Counted from the stretch's first letter, positions 13,301 to 25,451 are shown. The stretch is DNA of 64,000 nucleotides from Tubulanus polymorphus (GCF_964204645.1 NC_134029.1:22562950-22626949); one strand, 5' to 3'. A program made the numbers and translations. The notes: generated by a model from the sequence alone, not told the origin.

Positions 13301-16300
13301 GAAATCTCTATCCATTAGCAAAGTTTGGTATTGAAATTTTCTTTTGAAAATGTACGTATTTGCAGGAGAAACAATATAAACAGATATCGCAGGTCGATCA
13401 GTTGGCAATTCACTTTTCTCTTGATGGTAACATGCTACACAAAGAATCAGATGAGGCCAAACGTCAATCTATGCGTTCTGGTCAAGCTGAAGGTATGGCA
13501 GTCGAGAAGAATACATTATAATCATAATTAGCTTTAAGTTCTGCGGCCTAAAAAACGTATTTATAAGCATACTGAATGAACAATACTTGTACCCAGATCA
13601 AACTACAATAGATGATCTGCAATCAGAAGATTTACATCATAAAACAGATGAAGGTATCATTTTGATAGTTCTAATTTTTTATTGAGCTAAGATAATACAC
13701 AAGCTTACACCTAGGAGATGATTTTCAAATTCTTCTGTAATTTTTAGATTGTTGGATTTTTTGATGCATCACGCATGAACATCTTTGTTTAGCTTTGACT
13801 TTTTAAGCTAATTTCAGGACACAGAAATACGATTTTCAAGCACCGTATCATTCAAGATTCTACTGGGTTAGTTTTCATTAGGCTTAAGTCATGAATGAAT
13901 ATGTTTCTATTACTTTTTAGCTGCTACAAGTGACCAGGCGATCAGTGAAGATGATGAAGCCGGCGCAGATGCAGAAAAACCTGCTGAAGAACAGAAAGAA
14001 GGAGAGGTAAAATTCACATCCGATGAACGATGTTAAAAATTTGCCTATTTTTTACTGGTATTTTTTCGGTTCCTAATCATTGAAAAAAAAGTTCGTAATT
14101 TTTAACGAAAATTGTCGCAAAGATTTTGAAATAAATATAATCTATAAAATGTGCAGCCATCGCGACCAGGATCACAGTTAAGTAAAACACAGAGCACTGA
14201 CAAAAATGAGAAGGTAATTTTACACAATACTCACCCTTAAACAAGTACTACAAGCATTTAAGGACATAACACGAAGTGATATCTTACATGCATATAAATC
14301 ATTGCATGGTTTTAAGTCCCAGGTAGTTAACTCGTCTGCTTTTGGTTTCAAAGTTGGATGACCATGAGCAAGTTTCTCATGATGAAATTGATGATGATGA
14401 TAATGAAATTGATGATGATAAAGAATCATCACTGAAAAGTCATGCATCATGTAAGAGCTTGACACCGAGTCAGGTCGCTGAGAACGAGGTAATGCATGGA
14501 AAAATGCATGAAACAGTAGAGAAATTAAACACATCGGTCAAATTATGTATATGAGTAGTACTTAAAGATGACATTCGTTCGCTTTAATATGAAGCTTACA
14601 ATCAAATCATCGCTAATCAAAGGTTTACCATCATAGCTTGAACTCCTTTCAAATCTCTCAAGTTACTCTTCAGTTGAATTTAGTTTAATATCTACGAAAC
14701 TGTTAGTCAGTTATAAGAATGAATAGAAGAAGGCTTTGAGCCATCGAGATTAGATAGAGAAAGAATTGATCTTATAAACATTTTACGAACAATTTTCTAA
14801 AAATCCCCGCTGCTATGAAGGTGACAGTAGAAGATGTAGCTCAGTTCAAGCCACCGCCGGTGGTTCAGAAAACTAAACAGCGTCGGCGACGAGCTGTTAG
14901 CGTTGATGACAGTGACGATGAATTCACCGATGAGGTATAAATCAATCACACTTTTACATCACGCGAACTCTTGCATATCACGCATACCGGTACAAACACT
15001 TTTAAATGCATGTCGCGAAGGGAAAATATAAAACAGCTTTCGAGAGCTTTCGATTTTCACGCATTGAAACTTTGGAACTGTTGCAAGGTAAACGAAAATC
15101 TGGTTTTCTGTTTCAAATAATGTTAAAAAAATGAGACAAAAAGGTAAACTCGGACACTTCACCAGTTCATCAAATGTGTAACTTATAGAATCACTGTAGG
15201 AAGTTAGCGTGTATTGCATTGCAAGTAGTGTACTTTCTAGCTTGACACGGTAGGCTATAAAGTCGTATCACCTCGAAATGATATATTGATTTCATTCCTA
15301 GGATGAGGGTCAAAAGGAAGAGGCTACTTCAAGTGATGGTAAGAAATTGACAAACCAGTTCAACTTCAGTGAACGAGCTTCACAGACGTACAACAATCCT
15401 TACAGAGTAAGTTATTCATGAAAATCATTTCAAGAAAAAAGGTGTTAATATTTGTGTAGGCCGGAGAATTGAATCTAATTTCTGTGATTATTTTCAGGAG
15501 CGTGGAACAGCTACTGAACCGCCGCCGCGAGAGACATTTTCTGGAAATGTGACACAGTGGGAAATATATGACGCTTACCAAGAAGATTTCGAGAAACAAG
15601 TAAGTTAAAACAGTGGCTAACATATCCTTTATCGTTATGAATGTGAGATTTCTTTGAGTAATTTTTGTTCCCTAGATTTTCTATTTCTTCTTAACTTTTC
15701 TTATGTTTCTTAATCATTGCCAGAAAGACAAGGATATTCTTGATATGAAGTTTCAAACGTACATTCATAATCCTAAATATCGGCCAAAAACTGTTAAACG
15801 TTTGAAACCTATATTTGCCAGAACGGTAGGCCCTTGTATCGCATGCCTCTCTTTTTCATAACCACCTTGTATGTTTACAGATATACACACGAAATACAAA
15901 CCAGTTTCAGCATTTACTCTGTACATCGATAAATAAAACATTCACATTTACTTCTTTCACTTAGGAATAAAATATACATTCCATATTGATGTATTCTTAG
16001 GTAGCTTTTATTTACTGCAAATTTTTATTTTAAGCCGATATTTTTGACATAGTGTAAATGATCAGTGAAATTCTTTTATTACTTCTACGTTGTTTCTTTC
16101 AAATTAAGCTGAGCGTTTTAAGTTTGCCTGGATCAAAACCAAAGGAGGTAATCAATCATTGCGGCCTGATCCAAATTACTACGATATACATCTCTTCTCT
16201 GTCCTATCCGTGTATTTGAGTTTATTTCAACGTTTTTCTACTTTTTTTTATTTTTTGCCGTCAGTTTTTGAATGAGGACTGTGATGAGGTATTGATCAAT

Positions 16301-19300
16301 GCATGTGCATATATTCAAATAGACTGTTGTGTCAAAAACCATTCAAAATCCAAGATTGAAATCTGTTAGCAAACACTAACGTTTTCAGCTGTATTTCTAG
16401 GAGAAGAATAAAGAAAAGAAGGTCGTCCCTGGTAAGAAAGACGATGAGAAGATGAAAAAGAGATTGACAGTAGTAGACAGTCAGGGAGATGATATCAGCA
16501 GAGTTCAAAGAGCCGCTCAAATAGTTGAGAGAATGGTAAATCAGAATACTTATGACGACGTAGCACAAGGTACCTTTCCTTCCGATTAATTTCACTAACC
16601 AGCCGAATGAGAAAGCTTTTGAACGATGATAATGTGTGTTCTGTCTGATTCCAGATTTCAAGTACTGGGAAGATATATCAGATGAATACAGAGACCAAGA
16701 GGGTACATTATTACCGCTATGGAAATTCCAGTACGACCGCGCTAAGAAACTCGCCGTGACAGCCGTCGCCTGGAGTCCAACTTACAAAGATTTATTCGTC
16801 GTTGGCCACGGATCTTGTAAGTTGTCTAGAATTGCGTTCACATCGTTCAGAATTTTTCATACAATATCCGATGTTTTTTTTTCTGTTGCCAGATGATTTC
16901 TTGAAGCAGACGAGAGGAATGATATTGTACTATTCGCTGAAGAATCCCTCGTTCCCTGAATGGATATATTCGACTGATAGCGGCGTAATGAGTTTAGATA
17001 TTCATCCCGAGCATCCGTATTTAGTAGCTGCAGGTTTTTATGATGGAAGCGTCGGTGTATTCAACATCATCGAAAACAAAGCTATGCCGATTCAAATGAG
17101 CACAGCTAAAAATGGCAAACATACAGACCCGGTCTGGCAGGTAGGAGAAACACTAAACATGAAAATACCTTCCATCGAACATTTCAGACTCGAAAACATT
17201 TTCTAAATGTATATTAATGCTGGGTGTTTGTTGTTGTAGGTGCGATGGCAAAAGGATGATATAGATAACAATATGAACTTCTATTCAGTTTCCTCAGATG
17301 GAAGAGTTGTATGTTGGACCTTAGTCAAAGTACGTATCAATAGAAATAGAGAGGCTGTGTACTGCTATAGTCAAACACTTGTTTATACGATGAAATTTGT
17401 TTTGTAGAATGAACTTCACTACACAGATATTATTGCACTAACACTAACTTCTGACCCATCTGAAGGTCCAGACGGAACTAAACTTACCACATCAGGTTTG
17501 TTGAATATCTCATGACCTGGATCAATTTCAAATGATCAGGAGATATCTGTATATTTCTATGTAACAAAATTTTGTCTTCTATTTTACTTTTAGGTTGCGG
17601 AACTGCATTTGATTTCCATAAGCACACAGACTACCTGTTTTTGGTCGGCACAGAAGAAGGCCGAGTGCACAAATGTTCGAAAGCATATTCAAGTCAGTTT
17701 TTGGATATTTTCGAAGCACATCACATGGCCGTTTATAAAGTAGCCTGGAACACGTATCATCCTAAAATATTTATCACGTGCAGCGCTGACTGGAGTGTGA
17801 AAATCTGGGATCATACCTGCAAGTAAGTGAAACACTCCAAGAATATCTCATCTCGGTCTTAAACCAATTGAAATTCTGTAACTCACTTTTTTATCTACGA
17901 TCTTGCAGGGATCCATTGTTCACGTTTGATTTGAACAGTTCAGTTGGAGATGTAGCCTGGTCTCCATATTCGTCAACTGTTTTTGCAGCAGTCACAGCCG
18001 ATGGCAAGGTATGTTAACCTGATCTTCCCTATGTTTACTTTCGTATGGGAACATGAACTGTAGCGATGAAATATTATTCGATACTAACTTTTCTGATTTC
18101 GAATCTTTATCATTCAAACTATAGGTATTTGTCTATGATTTGAGTGTGAACAAGTATGAACCGATTTGTGAACAAGCTGTTGTGCAGAAGAAGAAGACAA
18201 AGCTTACACATTTAGCTTTCAACCCGACGCATCCTATTCTCATTGTTGGTGATGATAGGTAAGCATTGCTGCCTAGAAAATTCCACCTTATACTCGATTA
18301 TGTCTGATTACATGCCGGGTTATCAATCTATCTTTCCAGGGGGCACGTTCTAAGTCTGAAGCTTTCTCCTAATTTACGGAAAATGCCAAAAGTGAGTAGT
18401 TTACTAAATGTATGGAAGTGAATTCATGGTTGATTTGTGATAGGATTTTTTTAGTTAATCAGTCAAAATACAAGCATTTTTAACAAACATTTGGTGTGTG
18501 AAAACCTAACCTTTAAATCCGCCTTGCTTTGAGTTTACTAATGAGGTGGGATTAAGATGTGTTTTACTTATGCAACTTGTTAAGTACATTTCTAGTACCG
18601 GTAGTTGTCACTGAAATTTATATTTTTCTAACCATATGCATTTACAGACAGGAGGATTCTTTAGTGCAGGCCAGGTATAAATAACAAACACTTCTCGAGT
18701 TTAGGAATCAACTACAAATTCATAGCGTATTCATATAAGAATGTTAGAAATTTTAGTTGAACATAGATGAAATCGTTTTGAATCATTGTTTTAGTCTGTA
18801 TAATACGGACTAAAACAATGATTCAAAATACTATTAGATTCAATTTCGATGTATGTATCTATTGAAATTATAGTCAGATTCTATGTAGTATAATAGGATA
18901 GAACCGTAGAGAACAATCTAGACATTTAGAACTTAGTTTGAGATAAACATTTACCTTTCACTGGCCCTGTAGAAAAAGTATCAGGTAATCCACTTTTATC
19001 ATAGAAAATTACTGTCGCCTTCTATTTTAACTCAAATTTCTTTGACTCTTTTCTCTTGCTGACACAAAATAGCAAGCACCTAGTTCTAGTCTTAGCACTG
19101 CTGGAAAAAAGGTCCAAAAACGACTGGACCAGGTAAGATATCACCACAATAGCTTATCCCCTTCTGTCTATATATAATACTACCCGGTATATACTTCTTC
19201 ATCGATGTTGTACTATTATACGTCATTCTAAGTAACATTTGGAGGCTAAAAAGAAAAAAAGATGCACTGATCATGATTAGGAAAAAACAGTTTGAAGACT

Positions 19301-20081
19301 TTGCTAAGTTCGATATTTTATTAAAAATCGTAGTACTTACCGCACTAATTTATTTAGCCAGCATCTCTACCTGCAGTTAATGATCAGTCAACAGAAGAGG
19401 TATGCGCAGATGGATATTCACAACCATATAAAGTCTTCACTGTGTACATAAACATTTATAGGACGATTTACTGATTACTGAGTTATTTTCATAAAGAGCA
19501 GTGTTGTTATACTATAGCATGAATTGTACACCAGTTGAGAGTACTTTCAAATGAATGTCATACGTATCTAAAGCAAATGTAATTTCAAAATCTTTTTTTC
19601 ATATGTTTTTCTATGAAAAATGCATGCATCGCGTTCAGCTCTATTTATGTGTCATTATTTTATAGGCTAAAGTCACTGTCTTTTCATATCAACTCGGTAA
19701 CACTGGAAACATGTACAGTGGAACCTCGTTATGACAAACTTCGGGGGACCAGAAAATCAGTTTATTTTAACCGATAATTTGTTATATTGAGTACAAAGTT
19801 ATTTGGGATGAAATTCTAGGTTTCTAATTACAACCAATAGATCGTAATATCCAAGGTTGTTATAACGAGGTTCCTCTATGAATGACATGTAAAATGTATT
19901 TTACATACCTGTATCTGTTTATTATTACTGCGTTCATATTGTGTCCCTTTTCGTTGATTGTCTACGATTTGAACATTTTCAGGAAAAGAAAGGTGCTGAA
20001 GCGACGAAAGGACCAGAAGTTGAAATCGCTAAATTGGATAAGATCTTGGCGTTAGTGCGAGAACCGGAGAAAAAGAACTAA
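10382..20081 (+). CDS. DNAI1: Axonemal outer-arm dynein intermediate chain 1 (IC78 / sea-urchin IC2 type), multi-exon WD40 protein
   Basis: Exons encode [111 protein letters not shown] and [16 protein letters not shown]...[17 protein letters not shown] at 10382, TAA at 20079-20081. Confidence 0.95.
19714..19878. mobile_element. Tc1/mariner-type MITE
   Basis: TA|CAGTGGAACCTCGTTAT ... ATAACGAGGTTCC termini. Related copies at about 42093-42243 and 48874-49031. Confidence 0.7.
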
Positions 20082-20706
20082 ACCGCTAAATGAATTGAAA
20101 ACCGACGAGGACAATTACAGTTTGAACTGATGAAGTCTTTATAAATTTATGCATCGAGATACAAAATTAAACAATGGCAATGTTTTCAGTATCGAAAACC
20201 TTGCTTACCTGAACGAATGTGCATTGAATTGTTCATTAATATCCGTCCAACTGTTATTTACTGTTCAGAGCCCGTGCTGTGAGTATTGTAGAATTGTCCA
20301 CACAGCCCCAGTGTTGCGTACATTGTAGTTGTTCATTTGTTAAATACTACGTAAAATTTCTACCAAAATCTGTTTCGTCCTCTATTGATCAGATAATTAT
20401 GTTTTATAGGATATTCTGAAGAAACTTTATTTCTATTCACAATGATTAAATAGAATCTATTTATTGTTATGATGAATTACATGTATTTTGTATGTTGAAT
20501 AAATTTATTCATATATGACACGCATTTTAAGCAGTTGGATTTTATTATTGGTTCAGTCAAAATGAAGGCATCTTGTTCTTTTTATTGGTCGACTTCGTGA
20601 CTGGGAGTGGTTAGTTGAATACAAATTCCGCTCCATTGTCCATTGATTAATTCTCAACAATGTCAGACTAGCGACGCATAGTCCCTGTTGGCATCACTAT
20701 TACTTC

Positions 20707-20911
20707 GGCCAGTTGCTCAAAAGTTGGGTTAAGTTAACCAGCAGATAGATACGCACTTTTAATTTTCACCGTGTCAACTATATTCACTGGTTAACTGCGA
20801 CCACCTTTTGAGCAACTGCAGCCCCTGGTCCTTTTGCGTTTCACACTATCTTAGTCAACTATCCACTGGTTAACTGCGACCACCTTTTTTGAGCAACTGC
20901 AGCCCCTGGTC
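20707..20911. mobile_element. MITE with a tandemly duplicated right end
   Basis: Left TIR GGCCAGTTGCTCAAAAG. The right end CACTGGTTAACTGCGACCACCTTTTGAGCAACTGCAGCCCCTGGTC occurs twice (about 20775-20830 and 20855-20911). Confidence 0.65.
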
Positions 20912-21490
20912 TTGTGTTTTACGCAATCTTTAGTTGACGTCACTAAAATTAATTTCCTAATCAAATGCATCAAGTCTGTAAAGAACAGGACTGATCAATC
21001 CCTGTGCATGTTAACAAACGTATCATATCCTAGTAAGCTGACCACAATAAGACTGAACTTACTTTTACTGTGTAGAAAATTCATATTAACAACCGCATTT
21101 TATTCAAACATGCACAAAGTAAGAAATGTACAAACCTGATCAACAAATAGATAAGAGATAAAAGAGAACAATATAATTACATATCTCGGTATCTGACAAT
21201 TCAGCCAGTGAAAGCGGCGCTTCTTTTAGTTATTTACATTTCAGTATGATTATAATGGGTAAAAGAGTCTCTTCAATATGATAAACACATTATATTGACG
21301 AATAAAAATCATGATAGATTGTAGAAATTATCATCTAAAATACAATGAGATAAAATTTGCTGACCACTGATATGCAGGTTTGATCAAAATGTTGACCGTA
21401 TTTCAGAAAGCACAACAGAGACTAGGAACGATTACAATAAATGGAATGCTTCTCATCTCATGGCACATGTTTTAAAAATCTCGCATTCCC

Positions 21491-21758
21491 TTAACCCTTT
21501 CAGTGCTGACTAATCAATACCCTACCTTTAAAAAAATTCCACCCTAGTGTGTTGAATAACAGGAATACCACTATAATGCGTCTACACCGCGGCGCGGTGT
21601 ATCGTTTGTTACTAGTATTGCACTATGTTTGACAGGTGCTGCCATCTTTCAATAGAGATAAAAACTAATGACATCAATACACCGCAGTGCGGTGTACTAG
21701 CAAAATCCATCGCCGATTCATACACTGCACTGCGGTGTAGACACACTGAAAGGGTTAA
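21491..21758. mobile_element. piggyBac-type MITE (TTAA TSD), copy 1
   Basis: TTAA|CCCTTTCAGTG ... CACTGAAAGGG|TTAA, with three internal TACACCGCAGTGCGGTGTA-like palindromes. Close copy at 43290-43578. Confidence 0.85.
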
Positions 21759-21818
21759 CCAGGGTTGGTATAAGCATATTTTATACGTTCTAAAATCTAT
21801 GAATTAATATCCGTATTT

Positions 21819-23342
21819 TCAGTGATACGTATCTACTTGTTTTGAATTCGGATATTTCGGGTTTTCGATGACGCCGGCGCCGAATTTATATTCGAGAAAC
21901 TCGCGTACGTTGTTCGGCGCGCTGGCTTCGATTCCGGCGAATTTGATTTTCGTCATCGGCTGTAAAAACTTTTCCGGAAACTCGCGATCCTGCCGATGCG
22001 ATTTAAACCAGTATTTCTTCGTCATGATTCCGTTTTTCGAATAAAACGGAAATATGTCGACGTGCAGGTGATTCGTTTCGCTGTACTGAACTCGGAAAAA
22101 ATGTCCTTCTTTCACGTCCGACCGTTGCCAGACGTAATCGTTCTCGTCGACGATACCCCCGTCGTCTTGGACCGATTTCAAATTTTTACACTTCGGAATA
22201 TCTTCGAGATAGATCCCGATATCGACGTCGTAATCCCACGGAATGATGTCCTCGTTGCGAGCCGCGCCTAACAAACTTCCGCCTTCGAGCCAGTATCGAA
22301 CGCCGCTTTCCTCTAAAGCGCGTATCACGTAAGCGGCCGTTTCGCGTAATCCCTTCAGACAGCACGGCGGCGTCCACCGATTCGCGTATATATATTCGGG
22401 CATGTCGTTTATGACGGTTCCGAAACAACGAGCCGTCGTTTTACCGCAACCGAACATCTTCTCGTCGCCGCCGACGTCGATCACTTTTTTAACGCCGAAC
22501 TCTTCGTAAACTCTTCGCAGACGTTCGGCCTCGCGAGTTTCGTGTTTCCACTTGACGTGCGAATCCGCCGCGTACAGCTGCCTCGGTTTACGTTCGAACT
22601 CGATTCCGTCGGCGATGTAGACTTTCCAACGATTCAGACTCGTTTGAATGAACAACGCGTGTTTAATCGGTCTCAGAAACGGATTCGACAGAGCGAGGAA
22701 ATCTTCGCGTCGCATCGCGAGAACCGCGTCGCTCAGAACGCTATCGCAAACCGAACGATGACACAACGAATGCTGCAGCGTCCATCTCTGTAAATCGAAC
22801 TTCGTTCCGGCCGGAGTGAGAAACCCGGGCGTGATTCCCGCCGCTGCGATTCGGATATTACCGAAACTATCGACGAATTTATCCCTCATTATTCGTACGA
22901 GTTTTTTCAGATTTTCCCGCGTGTCGATCCGGACTCCGTCGGGAACGAGAACCACGTTGCTTTTATGGATGAAATTTTCGGGTCGCGTTTCGAATAACGG
23001 TAATCCCGGCGAATCGGGCTTCAAAACGACGACTTTCACGTTTTTAAACAGGTGTAAATCGATAGGCGGGTACGGAAGTTTGTCGGCTACGACGAGGATA
23101 TCATCGCGCGGAAATGTAGCCGCAATATTGCTGATTATCGACAAAACTTCATTATCAAATTCTTCGAATTCTCGAATAATAAATGTGACGCTGTCGCTAT
23201 TTCTGTCGGAAAGCGCCCTCTGTTGGTTATTGATGGCTTCGTTTTTATCTATCTGCAGCTGTAGATGGTATAGGTAATAGAGTACACCGACGTTGATGAG
23301 TAAAATTGCTGCCAGGAAGATTCGCAGCGGAGTGATCTTCAT
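21819..23342 (-). CDS. FKRP: Fukutin-related protein (ribitol-5-phosphate transferase, LicD family), single coding exon
   Basis: N-terminal type II TM helix; REFEEFDN, LPYPP, FGCGKTTARCFGTV, RWTPPCCL, YWLEGGSLLGAAR, IIPWDYDVDIGIY (DxD), RVQYSETNHLHVDIFPF, FLEYKFGAGVIENPKYP. First ATG at 23342; probable 5'UTR intron at about 23373-23765. Confidence 0.96.
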   Translation of the reverse strand: MKITPLRIFLAAILLINVGVLYYLYHLQLQIDKNEAINNQQRALSDRNSDSVTFIIREFEEFDNEVLSIISNIAATFPRDDILVVADKLPYPPIDLHLFKNVKVVVLKPDSPGLPLFETRPENFIHKSNVVLVPDGVRIDTRENLKKLVRIMRDKFVDSFGNIRIAAAGITPGFLTPAGTKFDLQRWTLQHSLCHRSVCDSVLSDAVLAMRREDFLALSNPFLRPIKHALFIQTSLNRWKVYIADGIEFERKPRQLYAADSHVKWKHETREAERLRRVYEEFGVKKVIDVGGDEKMFGCGKTTARCFGTVINDMPEYIYANRWTPPCCLKGLRETAAYVIRALEESGVRYWLEGGSLLGAARNEDIIPWDYDVDIGIYLEDIPKCKNLKSVQDDGGIVDENDYVWQRSDVKEGHFFRVQYSETNHLHVDIFPFYSKNGIMTKKYWFKSHRQDREFPEKFLQPMTKIKFAGIEASAPNNVREFLEYKFGAGVIENPKYPNSKQVDTYH

Positions 23343-23583
23343 TGTCTTCAACAATTGATTCTCATCAATCCTGAAAATCGTACGAAATCATTATTAATAA
23401 GCCAACGAATAGGCCAGTGAGTGCTCAACCAAATAAAGCTTAGCATTTACTGGTCCTATCTAAAAGCCACGGGTATGGCGGCCCCGGCACAGCTTTTTTT
23501 GCCATTTAGGATTTGGACTGGATGATGTCGATGACGATGCCCAGTTCCAAGTATTTAGTTACAGGTACCTAATCGTGTTACCG

Positions 23584-23684
23584 GTACCTAATCGTTGGTG
23601 GAAAGCTTTAATCGGATGAGCTCAGTGGTGGTTTGTGAAAATATCCGATCGTGAAACTAATTAGCCACAGACAGGTTACTGACT
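23584..23684. mobile_element. MITE family B, copy 2 (inverted), in the FKRP 5'UTR intron
   Basis: Reverse complement of 5212-5328 (CCTAATCGTTGGTG...GTTTGTGAAAATATCCGATCGTGAAACTAA...ACAGGTTACTGACT). Confidence 0.75.
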
Positions 23685-24004
23685 CGAAGCGCAGTCTGCC
23701 TGGTTTTTGGTAATAGGCTTAAATTAAAGATCATAAAGGAGAGAGGGCAAGAAGTCAAGTCTTACTTAATCTTTTTCTACGAGGAATCGAGTAAAAAGAA
23801 TGCGCATCCTATGCATAGTCTGTTCTATGGGATATGTGAGCACTGCCGAGATATGGATGCCCAGATTTGGATATTCTCGGAGCTACCCGTTATTGGTTTG
23901 AGCGGAGCCATCCGCCTCTGATGCTGCCACCAATGTTACCGAAAACTCAAGGTCGTTGCGCTTAAAAAAAGACGGGAAATTTTAATTTACGATCTTAGCT
24001 GAAA

Positions 24005-25451
24005 ATGTCAAGTACAATCAATGAAAGTGATTGTGATGCGTCGTGTTCGAAACTTCAGAACGATTCAGGGGTGAATGAGTCAGGAATTCAATCCCGTTCT
24101 CGAATGAGCTGTCTGAGAAACGCTGTGAAACGGACTAATTCTAGATGTCTCAAAGAATACAAGTAATCAACCATTGCCAGATTTGACTTTTATTCAAAAA
24201 CATATACAAATTTGAATTCCAAGAAGGACTGGGGGACAATATGGATGCAAGGCAGTTAACAGAAATCAACCAAGTGGTTCAGAAGTTATATGGGTCGAAC
24301 TTAATTATTAGATGTCAAATCAATTCATTCATATATAAATTTATTTTTCCAGGTTTTCTGTCATGGCTAAAGCCTTTAAACCGATTTACAAGAAGAATCC
24401 GACAAAATTCAAGGAGCAACATCAACAGTTTCTAGATGACGTTATAAAGGAAGTCGATGTAAGCTTTTAATTGAGTACATTTATTTCAAGAGGTTGTTCT
24501 TTAACTCTCAAAAACCTTACTGTATTATTGATATGTATTAATAATTTATCATTTTGCCTTTTTTCTAGCGAGAAATGGACAATGTTTTAGCCGTGGAGAA
24601 CCTGCCAAATCTAATGGATGGATTGGAAAAGATAATACAGGAAACATTTCTAAGCCGTGAAACAAAAGCCTGGTACAATAACAGGGTCCCTACAACTTCT
24701 CCTTGATATCTTAAAAACTCCTTCTAAATACTTTTAAAGGTGCTTGAAACTCCTTCGATTTGAGAAAATGCGTTTACCAAATTACCCAATTGCAGTTACC
24801 AAATAGAAACCAGGTTTAGTGTAAAGGATAAAAATTGCTTACATAACCAATGATTTAATTAATGGTTTACCGAGATGAACTGTACTGATTTAGGAGGAGG
24901 AAGGAGTCAATGTAATTGAGATATGAAAGTGATGCAGATTCTTTCTCAAAATTTTAAATTTTCTCCTTAAAAACCCCTTGAAAACTACTCATATCCAGGA
25001 ATGACTATTATTTAGACATCCTGTATTTTGCTGGAGCCAAATATATCTGTTTCAAACGTTCCTAAATTCTTAATTAGCAGTATATCGCTTGTTTCTAGGC
25101 GTCCCACAGAACCGTCGAAAGATGTGCAAGCACACCTCGTTCCCTTATACAGGAAATACAAGAACTCGTTAGAATTGATGCTTAATCAAATGGAACGAGA
25201 AAATAAACAGCAACAAACAGAAATTCTTCATAAACGCAAATACATTAATAAAATTGAAGATCAAATGCAACAACATCTGGATATGTTCACTGAGGTAAAA
25301 CATGTTGTTAGTTATCATATATTTGTTTCGTTTAAGAAATAATTGTTATCAAAAATGTTAAATTCAAAATTTTTCAATTCAAAAATTTCAGGCTGTTGAG
25401 GTATTTGAAGAATTACCCACTGAAGAGATGGGAATTGAAGAGAAGAATTGA
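24005..25451 (+). CDS. PMF1: Polyamine-modulated factor 1 / Nnf1 (MIS12 kinetochore complex), 5 exons
   Basis: Spliced: ...SRMSCLRNAVKR...KAFKPIYKKNP...HQQFLDDVIKEVDREMDNVLAVENLPNLMDGLEKII...KAWRPTEPSKDVQAHLVP...MERENKQQ. Matches Nnf1/PMF1 architecture (AWRP motif followed by a coiled coil). Confidence 0.8.
24682..25023. mobile_element. CAGGGT...CCTG-type short element in a PMF1 intron
   Basis: Starts CAGGGTCCCTAC, ends TAGACATCCTG, with internal repeated ACTCCTT(G/A)AAAA motifs. A similarly bounded element lies at about 46208-46439 in RPS3A intron 3. Confidence 0.45.

Noticed and set aside
15622-15630. ATATCCTTT as a U12-type 5' splice site
   Set aside because: Lies inside a normal GT-AG intron, not at an exon border.
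15965-16000. 36-nt AG-GT unit in DNAI1 with an in-frame TAA (poison exon?)
   Set aside because: Stop at codon 2 and a weak donor; no support beyond the splice dinucleotides. It also shows that pseudo-exons can arise in these introns.
21996-23277. Plus-strand ORFs of 83-153 aa overlapping FKRP
   Set aside because: Antisense shadows of a GC-rich coding exon with no recognisable motifs.
21819-23342. GC-rich intronless LicD-domain ORF as a possible bacterial horizontal transfer
   Set aside because: It has the full metazoan FKRP architecture (TM, stem, Cys motifs) and a 5'UTR intron, and vertebrate FKRP also has a single coding exon.
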